Assembly (NCBI GenBank): GCA_963798835.1
Contig: CAWCVF010000017.1
Coordinates: 11,854 to 75,853, forward strand
Reading direction: 5' to 3'
Source: an uncultured Actinomycetota bacterium
Lineage (GTDB): Bacteria; Actinomycetota; Actinomycetes; Propionibacteriales; Propionibacteriaceae
Length of the DNA: 64,000 bases
Position 1 is the stretch's first letter, and each line of letters starts with the position of its first letter. The position numbers were made by a program, and so were the translations under genes. Shown in pieces: positions 35,062 to 43,990 of this stretch. The notes under the pieces were generated by a model. That model was not told where the DNA came from, did no database searches, and worked only from the letters and a program-made list of their open reading frames with translations.

Positions 35062-38000
35062 TTACCCGAGCGCGGCCTCCATCAGAGCACGCTGCTGTTG
35101 CAGGTGAATCGACGCCGACCCGACCGATGGCGCCGATGACTCCGGTCGAGTGATCTCGGTCAACCGCCAATTCCTGCTCGGCTCGGCTTCGGCCAGCCGC
35201 TCTGTCAAGTTCAGCGCCATGAAGGGCCACGCGCCCTGGTTGGCTGGCTCATCTTGCACCCAGCGCAGCTGCTCGACCCCCTCAAAGCGATTGAGCTGTT
35301 TGACGAGATCTTTCGTTGGAAGTGGGTAGAGACGCTCGACCGCGATGATGGCCACCTGGCCGTCCTTCCCGGCCTGGCTGCGGGCGTTGATCAAATCCCA
35401 ACGAATCTTTCCTGAGCAGAGCAGTACCGAAGTGACCTTGCTCGGGTCTTCGATCGTCGGATCGTTCAGTACCGGCTTCCACGAGCCCTGGGTGAATTCC
35501 GACGGATCCGAGACGGCGAGTTTGTTCCGCAGCATTGACTTCGGAGTCATCACAATCAGTGGCCGATGAAGCTCGCCCAACGCCTGCTGTCGCAACATGT
35601 GGAAGTAGTTGGCCGGATTCGACGGCTGCGCCACAGTGAACGCATCCTCGGCAGCCAGCTGCAGGAACCGTTCCAGACGAGCGGAGGAGTGGTCGGGGCC
35701 CTGACCTTCGTAGCCGTGCGGCAACAGGAGGACGACACCAGACTGCTGAGTCCACTTAGCCTGGCCCGAGACGATGAACTCATCAATGATCGTTTGAGCG
35801 CCGTTGGCGAAATCACCGAACTGCGCCTCCCAGAGGACAAGCGCTTCTGGGCTCGCCACCGAGTAGCCGTATTCGAAGCCCATGGCCGCGTACTCACTGA
35901 GCAGCGTGTCGAAGACGTGAAACTTGCCTTGGTCTCCGTCCAGATGCTTGAGCGGCACCCAAGATTCGCCGGTCTTGCGATCGACGACAGAGGCGAACCG
36001 CTGTACGAAGGTGCCACGCCGGGTGTCCTGTCCGGTGAGCCGGACGGTACGCCCGTCCAAGAGCAAGGACCCGAACGCCACGATTTCGGCGGTAGCCCAG
36101 TCGATCGGCCCTTGGGTGATGGCAGCCGCGCGACGCTGCAGCTGAGGCATGACCTTTGGATGAACTGTGAATCCTGGCGGGAATGTGGTGTACGCGTCCG
36201 CGACCTTCTTCAGCGTTTCCGCGCTGATCGCGGTGCCGTGCTTGGCGGCGGACTTCTTGGGGTACGCCGGAACCCGACTGTATTCGAGATCTCGAGACGG
36301 TTGGCCGGTGCTGCGGACCTCTTTGAAGACGGTCTCCAACCGCTCCTGGAAGCGCGTCATCACCTTCTCAGCGTCTTCGACCGTGATGTCACCTCGACCG
36401 ATCAGCGCCTCGGTGTAGAGCTTGCGGACTGAGCGCTTCTTTTCGATCAGGTCGTACATGCGCGGTTGGGTGAAGCTCGGATCGTCGCCCTCGTTGTGTC
36501 CGCGGCGGCGGTAGCAGATCAGATCGATAACTACGTCCTTGTTGAACTCCTGCCGGAACGCGAACGCCAGCCGGGCCACCCGAATGCAGGCCTCTGGATC
36601 GTCACCGTTGACGTGGAAGATCGGGGCTTGGATCATCCGAGCCACATCGGTGCAATACATCGAGGAGCGCGACTCGGTCGGCGCCGTGGTGAAGCCGACC
36701 TGGTTGTTGACGACGATGTGGATTGTGCCGCCGGTGCGGTAGCCCCGAAGCTGGCTGAGGTTGAGTGTCTCGGCGACCACACCCTGGCCGGCGAAGGCCG
36801 CATCGCCGTGCATCAGCACCGGAAGCACCGGGAACTCTGCTCCGCGGTCGAGGATGTCCTGCTTGGCTCGCGCGATGCCTTCCAGTACCGGGTTGACTGC
36901 CTCGAGGTGGCTCGGATTGGCCGCCACCGAGGTCTTGATCGTGGCACCGCTGAGCGCGGTGAACTTGCCCTCCGACCCCAGGTGGTATTTGACGTCGCCC
37001 GACCCCTGGACGGTCCGCGGATCAAGATTTCCCTCGAACTCGCGGAAGATCTGCTCGTACGACTTGCCGACGATATTGGACAACACGTTGAGGCGGCCGC
37101 GGTGCGGCATGCCCATGCAGACTTCCTCAAGATGCGCCTCGGCAGCCTGCTCGCACACCTCGTCCAACAGCACGATCGCCGACTCGCCGCCCTCGAGGGA
37201 GAACCGCTTCTGCCCGACGAACTTCGTCTGCAGGAAGGTTTCGAAGATTTCGGCCTCATTCAGCTTGTCCAAGATCCTCAAGTGCTCATCCCGCGGTAGC
37301 GACTCGTGCGGCCGCTCGACGCGATCTTGGATCCATTTGCGCTGCACCGGCTCTTGAATGTGCATGTACTCGATACCGGTGGTCCGACAATACGAGTCGC
37401 GCAGGATCCCCAAGATCTTGCGCATTTTCATCCGGCCCTCGCCGCCCGCGAAGGATCCGGTCGCAAATTCGCGATCCAGATCCCACAGCGTCAGGCCGTG
37501 CGACTGCACGTCAAGATCATGATGACGGCGCTGGCGGTACTCCAGCGGATCGGTGTCGGCCATCAGATGGCCGCGCACCCGATAGGCGTTGATCAATTCC
37601 ATGATCCGGGCCTGCTTGGGGATCTGGTCTTCGTGATCACTGCTGATGTCGTGCGCCCACCGGATCGGCTCGTACGGAACCCGCAGTGCGCCGAAGATGT
37701 CGTCGTAGAACCCGTCCTCGCCGAGCAGCAAAGCGTGCAGCCGGGCGAGATACTCCCCGGACTGGGCGCCTTGGATAACCCGGTGGTCGTACGTCGAGGT
37801 CAGCGTCATGATCTTCGAGACGCTCATATCGCTGAGCCGATCCGGGTCAGATCCCTGGAACTCTGGCGGGTACTCCATCGACCCGACGCCGATGATCGCA
37901 CCTTGGCCCTGCATCAGCCGCGGCACCGAATGGCTGGTGCCGATGGTGCCGGGGTTGGTCAGCGTAATGCTGGTCCCGGCGAAATCTTCCAAGGTGAGCT

Positions 38001-38880
38001 GGCCCGCGCGGGCCTTCTTCACCACCTGCTCGTACGCGTTCCAGAACTGCGCAAAGTCGAGCGTTTCACAGCTCTTGATGCTGGGCACCAGCAACTGTCG
38101 AGTGCCGTCCTCCTTGGGCAGGTCGATGGCGAGGCCGAGATTGACATGGGACGGCACGATCAGTGTCGGCTTGCCGTCGACAACGTCGTAGGCGTTATTC
38201 ATGGCGGGCATGCTCTTCAGCGCCTGCACCATGGCGTAGCCAATGATGTGGGTGTAGGAGACCTTGCCTCCGCGGGCCCGTCGCAGATGGTTGTTGATCA
38301 CTACACGCTGATCGATGAGCAGCTTGACCGGAAGCGATCTGACGCTCGTCGCGGTCGGAACCGCCAAGGAGATCTCCATGTTCTTCGCGGTACGCGCTGG
38401 AGCGCCACGCATGGTGGTCTTGACCGGCTCTTCGATCGCGACGCTGGGTCGATCGGCGGGGCTGGGCGGGTCGGCGGGTACGCCGCCACGGGCACCAGGA
38501 GCGCTCGGCCTGACCTCCTTGGTTTCCGATGGTTTCTCAACCGTTGGTGTACGACGCGGCGTTGGCTGATCCTGCGACGGAGCGGCGGGTGGGGCTTGTG
38601 ATGGCGCGGATCCCGGTGCTGCGGTCGTGGCGTTCGCTGTGCCACCCTCGGAGCGTCGTTCCATCGCTGGCCGAGGCTGAGGTTGCGCTTCGCCGACGGC
38701 GCCATTGCCTGTCTCGGTGCCCGGTGCGCCGTGCTTCCTGAAGTACTCCGCCCACGTCTGATCGACGGAGCTGGGGTCTGCGGCGTACTGCTCGTACATC
38801 TCTTCCAGCAGCCAGTCATTGGCGCCGAAGTCGGCTTCGTCGGGCGCGCTGGTAGGTGATTGATCGGGCACGATGGCCAC
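35062..38880 (-). CDS. kgd: multifunctional 2-oxoglutarate metabolism enzyme (E1o fused to an E2o-like acyltransferase domain)
   Basis: 1272 aa. Pro/Ala-rich linker, succinyltransferase-like segment (LTLTNPGTIGT...DHRVIQGA), then ThDP-dependent E1o (GDAAFAGQGVV, transketolase-like C-terminus). Confidence 0.95.
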   Translation of the reverse strand: MAIVPDQSPTSAPDEADFGANDWLLEEMYEQYAADPSSVDQTWAEYFRKHGAPGTETGNGAVGEAQPQPRPAMERRSEGGTANATTAAPGSAPSQAPPAAPSQDQPTPRRTPTVEKPSETKEVRPSAPGARGGVPADPPSPADRPSVAIEEPVKTTMRGAPARTAKNMEISLAVPTATSVRSLPVKLLIDQRVVINNHLRRARGGKVSYTHIIGYAMVQALKSMPAMNNAYDVVDGKPTLIVPSHVNLGLAIDLPKEDGTRQLLVPSIKSCETLDFAQFWNAYEQVVKKARAGQLTLEDFAGTSITLTNPGTIGTSHSVPRLMQGQGAIIGVGSMEYPPEFQGSDPDRLSDMSVSKIMTLTSTYDHRVIQGAQSGEYLARLHALLLGEDGFYDDIFGALRVPYEPIRWAHDISSDHEDQIPKQARIMELINAYRVRGHLMADTDPLEYRQRRHHDLDVQSHGLTLWDLDREFATGSFAGGEGRMKMRKILGILRDSYCRTTGIEYMHIQEPVQRKWIQDRVERPHESLPRDEHLRILDKLNEAEIFETFLQTKFVGQKRFSLEGGESAIVLLDEVCEQAAEAHLEEVCMGMPHRGRLNVLSNIVGKSYEQIFREFEGNLDPRTVQGSGDVKYHLGSEGKFTALSGATIKTSVAANPSHLEAVNPVLEGIARAKQDILDRGAEFPVLPVLMHGDAAFAGQGVVAETLNLSQLRGYRTGGTIHIVVNNQVGFTTAPTESRSSMYCTDVARMIQAPIFHVNGDDPEACIRVARLAFAFRQEFNKDVVIDLICYRRRGHNEGDDPSFTQPRMYDLIEKKRSVRKLYTEALIGRGDITVEDAEKVMTRFQERLETVFKEVRSTGQPSRDLEYSRVPAYPKKSAAKHGTAISAETLKKVADAYTTFPPGFTVHPKVMPQLQRRAAAITQGPIDWATAEIVAFGSLLLDGRTVRLTGQDTRRGTFVQRFASVVDRKTGESWVPLKHLDGDQGKFHVFDTLLSEYAAMGFEYGYSVASPEALVLWEAQFGDFANGAQTIIDEFIVSGQAKWTQQSGVVLLLPHGYEGQGPDHSSARLERFLQLAAEDAFTVAQPSNPANYFHMLRQQALGELHRPLIVMTPKSMLRNKLAVSDPSEFTQGSWKPVLNDPTIEDPSKVTSVLLCSGKIRWDLINARSQAGKDGQVAIIAVERLYPLPTKDLVKQLNRFEGVEQLRWVQDEPANQGAWPFMALNLTERLAEAEPSRNWRLTEITRPESSAPSVGSASIHLQQQRALMEAALG

Positions 38881-39089
38881 TGTCGCCTTCTTCCTGATAC
38901 GAACTATCCGCGGGGGTCAAGCCGCCTTGGCCTGCTCCCGGCACGCTCCTCGCAGGCGCTTCCTAGGCTACCCACGGTCGCCGACCGGCCCGCGGATGGT
39001 CGGGCACTGCTCGCGCGGCCGACGCTCGCAGTGCGGAGAAGGGGTTGCGCGACACACCTCGTCAGCGCGCGTCTCCGGAGTGATCATTC

Positions 39090-40358
39090 CTAGCGCGTCA
39101 GCGCGGTCCGATCCCTCGCCGGGGCGGCCAGCATGCGCCAGGCCAGCCAGCAGGCTTCGACGGTGAATACCACCAGAGCAAGATTGCGGATGGCCGTGGC
39201 CACGGTGGAAATGATAATCATCGCTTGGCCACGTCGGCCGAGATAGCCGTCGTAGAACAGCGGATAGACCAGTTGAGTCAGCAGAGCAAGGATGAGCAGC
39301 TGTCCGGCCATCCGGTTGATGGCCGGTTGCTCGCGGGGTGTGGCTTGGGGCCGAAGCACCATCAGCGCCGCCATCGGACCACCCAACCAAAGCAGGTATT
39401 GCGGGCTCAGCGTCTTGTTCGTGATCGTCATGATCGCCACCGTCGCGACGACCAGGAAACCAATCGCAACCGGTGTGGATCCGTCGTATCGGAAGGCGCG
39501 AATCGTCAACAAAATGATCACCGCCAGGCCGAGCAGCGTAGCGACATTGCTGATCGTGACCCAAGCGCCCACTCCAGGGCCGAAGATCTCATACGCCTGA
39601 TACTGCGAAATATCGACCATCCAATGATCAGGCCGCGCTGCTCGCGCCAGCATGAGCGGTGTTGCCCAGATCGACTCGATCTGCAGGCCGCGGTCGGACT
39701 GCCAAGTCAACGGCGAGATCAACCGCGCCCAACCGCCGAAGGTCAAGCTGATCAACGCGAGCCCGAATCCAACAACGACGAAGGCCAGGCCGGCGGGTCG
39801 CCTGTCTGATCGATACGAAAGAAAGGCACCAATCAAGAGCGCCGGCCAAAGCTTGATCGCCGCGCCCAACCCGGTGAGTGCGCCAGTCACCCATGGCCTG
39901 CGCCGGGCTGCCAGGAGCGCGCCGCCGGCAAGTACCGCCGGCAGCATGTCGAAGCGCAGATAGCACAGCGGGCCGATCAGCAGTACGAAGATCAACCAGA
40001 AGTCGATCGAGCTGTCGTGTCGCCGGCCGGTCGATCGCCACAGTGCATATGTGAAGACGGCATCCAGGGCGAGCATCAAGACAATGAACGCGATCAGATA
40101 GCCGACGCGACTGCCGAAGGCGGCACCGTAGGGCAGCGCCAAGATCCACACCACGGGCGTCGGATACTCATACAGCGTGCGGTCCAGGCCGACGCTGAAT
40201 AGCGCGTTGATCTTGCGGTGGTAGTAGAAGACATCGCCTACCACAAAGCGTTCGAAGCCAGCGAGGATTCCCAACATCAATACCCGAGTGATCAACCAGC
40301 CGAGAATGATCATTCGAGGACCGCGGCGTGCGTCGTACCAGGCAACGAGGCGGCTCAT
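39090..40358 (-). CDS. GT-C type integral membrane glycosyltransferase (DUF2029/GT87-like)
   Basis: At least 10 TM helices, early acidic loop (VGDVFYY) and an AIKLWPALL motif typical of polyprenyl-phosphate-sugar transferases. Confidence 0.55.
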   Translation of the reverse strand: MSRLVAWYDARRGPRMIILGWLITRVLMLGILAGFERFVVGDVFYYHRKINALFSVGLDRTLYEYPTPVVWILALPYGAAFGSRVGYLIAFIVLMLALDAVFTYALWRSTGRRHDSSIDFWLIFVLLIGPLCYLRFDMLPAVLAGGALLAARRRPWVTGALTGLGAAIKLWPALLIGAFLSYRSDRRPAGLAFVVVGFGLALISLTFGGWARLISPLTWQSDRGLQIESIWATPLMLARAARPDHWMVDISQYQAYEIFGPGVGAWVTISNVATLLGLAVIILLTIRAFRYDGSTPVAIGFLVVATVAIMTITNKTLSPQYLLWLGGPMAALMVLRPQATPREQPAINRMAGQLLILALLTQLVYPLFYDGYLGRRGQAMIIISTVATAIRNLALVVFTVEACWLAWRMLAAPARDRTALTR

Positions 40359-40561
40359 TCACGACCCCACAGACTCAGCCGGCAGGGAAGCGCACATCGA
40401 AGTAGGGAGCCCTCGGTCGACGACAGAACGCATGCGAACCTACCAGCACGGAGCTGATGAGCACGGCTGAAAGACTGACGACGTGCTCGTGGGCCGATCC
40501 GATGCTGCGCGAGCGCTACGAACCGTTGCGCGCCGAACCTCGAGACGGATGACTGGCGATT

Positions 40562-40587
40562 AGAGACGTTCCCGCGGGAACGTCTCT
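40562..40587. repeat. 26-nt perfect palindrome at the left edge of the island
   Basis: AGAGACGTTCCCG|CGGGAACGTCTCT. Confidence 0.9.
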
Positions 40588-40675
40588 CGGGGTGACGATC
40601 CGGCCGATCCGTCGTGGGCCGTGTGAACACGCCGCGGAGGAGCCGTAACGCTAGACGTTATTAACGCGATGCGTT

Positions 40676-40969
40676 ATGCTCGGGACGGTGATTCAGTCGT
40701 TCGCAGACTCGAACACTGAAAAGGTTTGGCGACGTGAGCGGGTAAGACGGTTTGGCTCAGATCTACAACGGATGGCGAATCGAAAGTTATTGATCATTGA
40801 TGCTGCGGAAACACTCGAAGATCTGCGGGTGCCGCCGGGCAATCGGCTCGAGCAACTCAGGGGCAATCGAGCGGGGCAGTACAGCATTCGCATCAACGAT
40901 CAGTGGCGAGTCTGCTTAACGTGGACCGCCGCTGGACCGGCCGACGTCGAGATCACTGACTATCACTGA
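40676..40969 (+). CDS. higB: HigB-type toxin (RelE/ParE superfamily, plasmid-maintenance killer)
   Basis: VIQSFADSNTEKVW...LRVPPGNRLEQLRGNRAGQYSIRINDQWRVCLTW...VEITDYH. GTG 40688 is an alternative start. Confidence 0.85.
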   Translation: MLGTVIQSFADSNTEKVWRRERVRRFGSDLQRMANRKLLIIDAAETLEDLRVPPGNRLEQLRGNRAGQYSIRINDQWRVCLTWTAAGPADVEITDYH

Positions 40970-40975
40970 AAGGAA

Positions 40976-41275
40976 ATGATCATGAGCCGCGCGCACGAAC
41001 CGATTCATCCTGGCGAAATCTTGCTCGAGGAGTTTCTCCGCCCGCTCGGTATCAGCCAGTATCGACTAGCCCAGGCGATCGGGGTTCCACCGCGGCGGAT
41101 CAATGAGATTGTGCACGCCAAGCGATCGATCAGCCCAGATACAGCGCTGCGGTTGTCAAGGGCGCTCGGAACCTCGGACCGGTTCTGGATGAACCTGCAG
41201 GCGCGCTACGACCTGGATGTCCAGCTCGGCGCCCACCGCGAGGAGCTTGACAAGATCACGCCCCTGGTCGCCTAG
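40976..41275 (+). CDS. higA: HigA-type antitoxin (XRE HTH)
   Basis: IHPGEILLEEFLRPLGISQYRLAQAIGVPPRRINEIVHAKRSISPDTALRLSRALGTS..FWMNLQARYDL. Confidence 0.85.
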   Translation: MIMSRAHEPIHPGEILLEEFLRPLGISQYRLAQAIGVPPRRINEIVHAKRSISPDTALRLSRALGTSDRFWMNLQARYDLDVQLGAHREELDKITPLVA

Positions 41276-41311
41276 CTCGTCGTCCTTCCAGCAATGAAAG
41301 CGTGCGATCAG

Positions 41312-41491
41312 CTAGTCCTCAGCACGGCGGCGTGCGGCAGGAGCCGTGAGCTCGTCGAGGTATGCCTGATAAACCTCAAAGCGGGTGATCTCTAAGGCTT
41401 GGGCAAGTGCGACGTTGCCGTCGTGGCGAGCCTGGTGCGCCGCCGCGCGCAGCCCTTCGACGAAGTCCTTCAACTCAGCCAAATCAGCCAC
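41312..41491 (-). CDS. hypothetical small helical protein (weak call)
   Basis: C-terminal 59 codons of ORF 41312-41926 (VADLAELKDFVEGLRAAAHQARHDGNVALAQALEITRFEVYQAYLDELTAPAARRRAED). The upstream part of that ORF is antisense to the XRE gene and looks non-coding. Confidence 0.25.
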   Translation of the reverse strand: MADLAELKDFVEGLRAAAHQARHDGNVALAQALEITRFEVYQAYLDELTAPAARRRAED

Positions 41492-41731
41492 TTGCCTTGA
41501 CGCCACACTGACTAGGCTATCGGGACAGGCCCTTGCAGAGACTGGCCCTAGAATGTGGCGCTGACAAGGTGTTTTGTTTGGCGTCGCGGCGGCGGAATCC
41601 GTAACCTGTGCTCTCGCTTCAGGTAGTCGAGGCGCCGCGTTGCTGGCTGCTGGTGGTGCTATAGCCCTCCCGATCGGTAATGGCTGAGTCGCCGAAGGGC
41701 TTCTTACGGCCGATGATCTCGGTGAAGACGG

Positions 41732-42202
41732 TTGACCCAGTCCGAGTTGTCCCGTGTCAGCGGTGTGCATCAGCCCAGCATCAGCCAGTTCCTTTCCGGA
41801 AAGGTCGAGTTGAGCGATGAGCAACTCGATCGGCTCCTGTCGTGCATGGGTTATCGACTTGAGGTGGTTCGACGTCCCGTCGTGCCCGAGCTGACCCGCT
41901 CCGAACGACGGTCGTGGCGACTCCACCGCCAGCTCTCAACACATCTGACGCGAACGAGCCTGGAGCAGTGGCGGCCGACCATCGAGCGAAACTTGGAGCG
42001 GCTCCGCCACAGCGTCAGCGGCGAGCCGCACGGGCGCAATCTCGACCGGTGGATGTCGCTGATCGATCGCGGCGATGTGTCAGGGCTCCACCGCGTCTTG
42101 ACAGGGTTGGACCGGGACTCGATCGAGATGCGTGAAGTTTCGCCGATGGGCGGGCTGCTCCCACCGGACGAGCGTATGGACGTGCTCCAGATGGCCAGCT
42201 GA
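41732..42202 (+). CDS. XRE-family HTH protein with uncharacterised C-terminal domain
   Basis: TQSELSRVSGVHQPSISQFLSGKVELSDEQLDRLLSCMGYRL. The TTG start leaves almost no residues before helix 2, so the N-terminus may be truncated. The stop overlaps the next ATG. Confidence 0.6.
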   Translation: MTQSELSRVSGVHQPSISQFLSGKVELSDEQLDRLLSCMGYRLEVVRRPVVPELTRSERRSWRLHRQLSTHLTRTSLEQWRPTIERNLERLRHSVSGEPHGRNLDRWMSLIDRGDVSGLHRVLTGLDRDSIEMREVSPMGGLLPPDERMDVLQMAS

Positions 42203-42432
42203 TGCGTCGCGACCAGTTGGAACACGCCATCCGGACGGCTTGTCAGATCAGCGAGCGACCGGAAGTGATCGTGGTCGGCTCGCAGGCGATCCTCGGAAGT
42301 TTCCGGGAGGATGAGCTACTGCCGACGTCGGCATTGGGCATGTTGCGTCGAGGCTCGCCGCTCGGCCCGTTTGAGGTACGTCGGCGCTGCCGGCTCTCCG
42401 AACTGCTGCGGCAGCTATCGATGCCGAACTAA
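42202..42432 (+). pseudogene. truncated DUF6036-like nucleotidyltransferase-fold gene
   Basis: MRRDQLEHAIRTACQISERPEVIVVGSQAILGSFREDELLP matches the N-terminus of ~180-aa DUF6036 proteins (from memory). The ORF then degenerates and stops after 76 aa. Confidence 0.45.
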
Positions 42433-42433
42433 T

Positions 42434-42456
42434 CAATCCGCCGCGCCGGCGGATTG
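42434..42456. terminator. hairpin between convergent genes
   Basis: CAATCCGCCG-CGC-CGGCGGATTG. Confidence 0.4.
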
Positions 42457-42457
42457 A

Positions 42458-42775
42458 CTAGCCCCGGGGCTCCTGGCCCGGTGCCATGCCGCCGACCATC
42501 TTGGCGAACTGCTCGGTGAAGTCTGCCTGTGCCTTCAACATCGAGGAGAACCAGTCCATCTGGCTCTGGCTCACCTGCGGAGACGATGCAAATGTGCGCT
42601 GCTGCTCAGCGATCGCCTGCAGCCAGTCGACGTAACGCTGTAAGGCATCCTGACCAACCTTGGTCAGGGCTTCGATGATCTGCTCATTGAGGGCTCGGGC
42701 CTGCTCGCCGAACTGTACTGGTGACATGGGACCGCCGGGCCCGTTCTCCTGTTTTGATTTCTTCGCCTGCGCCAT
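42458..42775 (-). CDS. hypothetical helical protein (phasin-like composition)
   Basis: 105-aa ORF starting at ATG, Gln/Ala-rich amphipathic helices. No motif recognised. Confidence 0.5.
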   Translation of the reverse strand: MAQAKKSKQENGPGGPMSPVQFGEQARALNEQIIEALTKVGQDALQRYVDWLQAIAEQQRTFASSPQVSQSQMDWFSSMLKAQADFTEQFAKMVGGMAPGQEPRG

Positions 42776-43164
42776 TTCTAACTCCCTTTCTCTTAATCGG
42801 TTGATACTCGTGCAGATCGACGCTGCGATGGTGTGTTTCTCTGACTATGTCAGCCATAGAAGCGAAGTACTAGCTCCGCGACGCACGCTGACTTGGGGTT
42901 GTCCCTGCAGCTCGACCGTGGCTGATGCAAGCAAGCACGTCCCTTTGGAGCCGTACGTGCCCTTCCCCGTCCCGGCATGGCACTGAAACCCTGGCGCCGA
43001 CATGCTGTCGGATTGCTATCCGCATGCTGGGAGTTCAGGACGCAATTCGGGACAAATTGCTGCACTCAAAAGCTGAAAGTACGCATGTTACTTCGGAGTA
43101 GACAGCGGAGTACTTTTGAGTACTATGCCCGTTATCCAGCGAACTCAAACGGGGAAGGTACCAA

Positions 43165-43485
43165 ATGGCAAGCAGGACAATCGTTCTTCTTGAGGACGAT
43201 GTTGATGGCTCAAAAGCCGACGAGACCATTGAATTTGGCATCGATGGCACCACTTATGCCATCGACCTCAGCGACTCGAACGCCAAGAGGCTACGCGGTG
43301 CTCTCGACGGCTACATCAGCAAAGCGCGCAAGGTGAGCGGGAAGCGGTCGCCGAGCCGCATGGCCAGCTCTGCCGTCGACCTCAAAGCGGTCCGTGCCTG
43401 GGCTGCCTCCAATGGCATCGAGCTGTCCAGCCGCGGGCGGGTACCAGCCTCGGTGCTGCAGCAGTACCGGAGCGCCGGCTACTGA
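43165..43485 (+). CDS. lsr2: Lsr2-family nucleoid-associated protein / xenogeneic silencer
   Basis: N-terminal dimerisation domain (IVLLEDDVDGSKADETIEFGIDGTTYAIDLSDSNAKRLRGAL) and C-terminal AT-hook-like DNA-binding domain (VRAWAASNGIELSSRGRVPASVLQQYRSAG). Confidence 0.9.
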   Translation: MASRTIVLLEDDVDGSKADETIEFGIDGTTYAIDLSDSNAKRLRGALDGYISKARKVSGKRSPSRMASSAVDLKAVRAWAASNGIELSSRGRVPASVLQQYRSAGY

Positions 43486-43500
43486 GACTCGCTTAACCAA

Positions 43501-43533
43501 AGAACCGCCCCGTCTGCTGGGCGGTTCTTTAGG
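43501..43533. terminator. intrinsic terminator after lsr2
   Basis: AGAACCGCCC-CGTCTGCT-GGGCGGTTCT followed by TTAGGTT. Confidence 0.55.
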
Positions 43534-43849
43534 TTCTCTGCTTAGTTGCTCCAGCACTGGACAGCGCTTCGTTCCTGATTATGGGCATTCGGCCCACGGG
43601 CGCTGATCGAGCGTCCCTCGACGGTCCTCCCTGGATGGATCCATCACCGGGGAGGCCTAGAGGCGCACGTGCCATGTCCGTTCTGAAGTTGTACCAGGAG
43701 CTTCGGCCGGCGGAGGCGGAGGCGCGGGCGGTGCTCACCCAGCAGGTCGCTACGGAGCGGCGTACGTAGCTTGCCAGCATGAAGAAGCCGATGATCATGA
43801 GAGCGACGATGGTTCCAACGATTCGCCAAGCGCGGAGCTTAATGGTCAC
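43529..43849 (-). CDS. single-pass membrane protein, low-complexity C-terminus (weak call)
   Basis: GTG start. TM helix WRIVGTIVALMIIGFFMLASY followed by about 75 aa rich in Ser/Ala/Arg/Gly. Third in a row of small TM ORFs. Confidence 0.35.
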   Translation of the reverse strand: MTIKLRAWRIVGTIVALMIIGFFMLASYVRRSVATCWVSTARASASAGRSSWYNFRTDMARAPLGLPGDGSIQGGPSRDARSAPVGRMPIIRNEALSSAGATKQRT

Positions 43850-43860
43850 AGGATGACCAT

Positions 43861-43898
43861 CCGTCGGCTCGGAGCGGGTTCGACTCCCGCGGCGGCAC
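43861..43898 (+). other. tRNA 3'-half-like fragment (T-arm plus acceptor strand), possible relic attachment site
   Basis: GCGGG-TTCGACT-CCCGC followed by GGCGGCAC. No matching 5' acceptor strand, D-arm or anticodon arm lies upstream, so it is not a functional tRNA. Confidence 0.35.
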
Positions 43899-43981
43899 TA
43901 GTCGAGGGTCGGCAGCAAAAGCGCGACCGTCAGGATCACGCCGAAGGCGAACGATGCCACGATGGTCGGGAACTTGGTCAC
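43898..43981 (-). CDS. 27-aa hydrophobic micro-ORF
   Basis: AAGGAG-N5-GTG. Peptide VTKFPTIVASFAFGVILTVALLLPTLD. Its SD overlaps the stop of the upstream micro-ORF. Confidence 0.4.
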   Translation of the reverse strand: MTKFPTIVASFAFGVILTVALLLPTLD

Positions 43982-43990
43982 GATGGCTCC

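Noticed and set aside
40358-40680. attR copy of the tRNA-Arg 3' end at the left island border. Also looked for at 46.1-46.9 kb, 48.0-48.5 kb and 50.1-50.5 kb.
   Set aside because: No match to GGCGAGATTCGAACTCGCG or its neighbours was seen by eye. A degenerate repeat cannot be excluded without an alignment tool.
43790-43900. A complete tRNA gene around the T-arm-like motif.
   Set aside because: No complementary 5' acceptor strand, D-arm or anticodon arm could be folded from the upstream 80 nt. It is kept only as a fragment.
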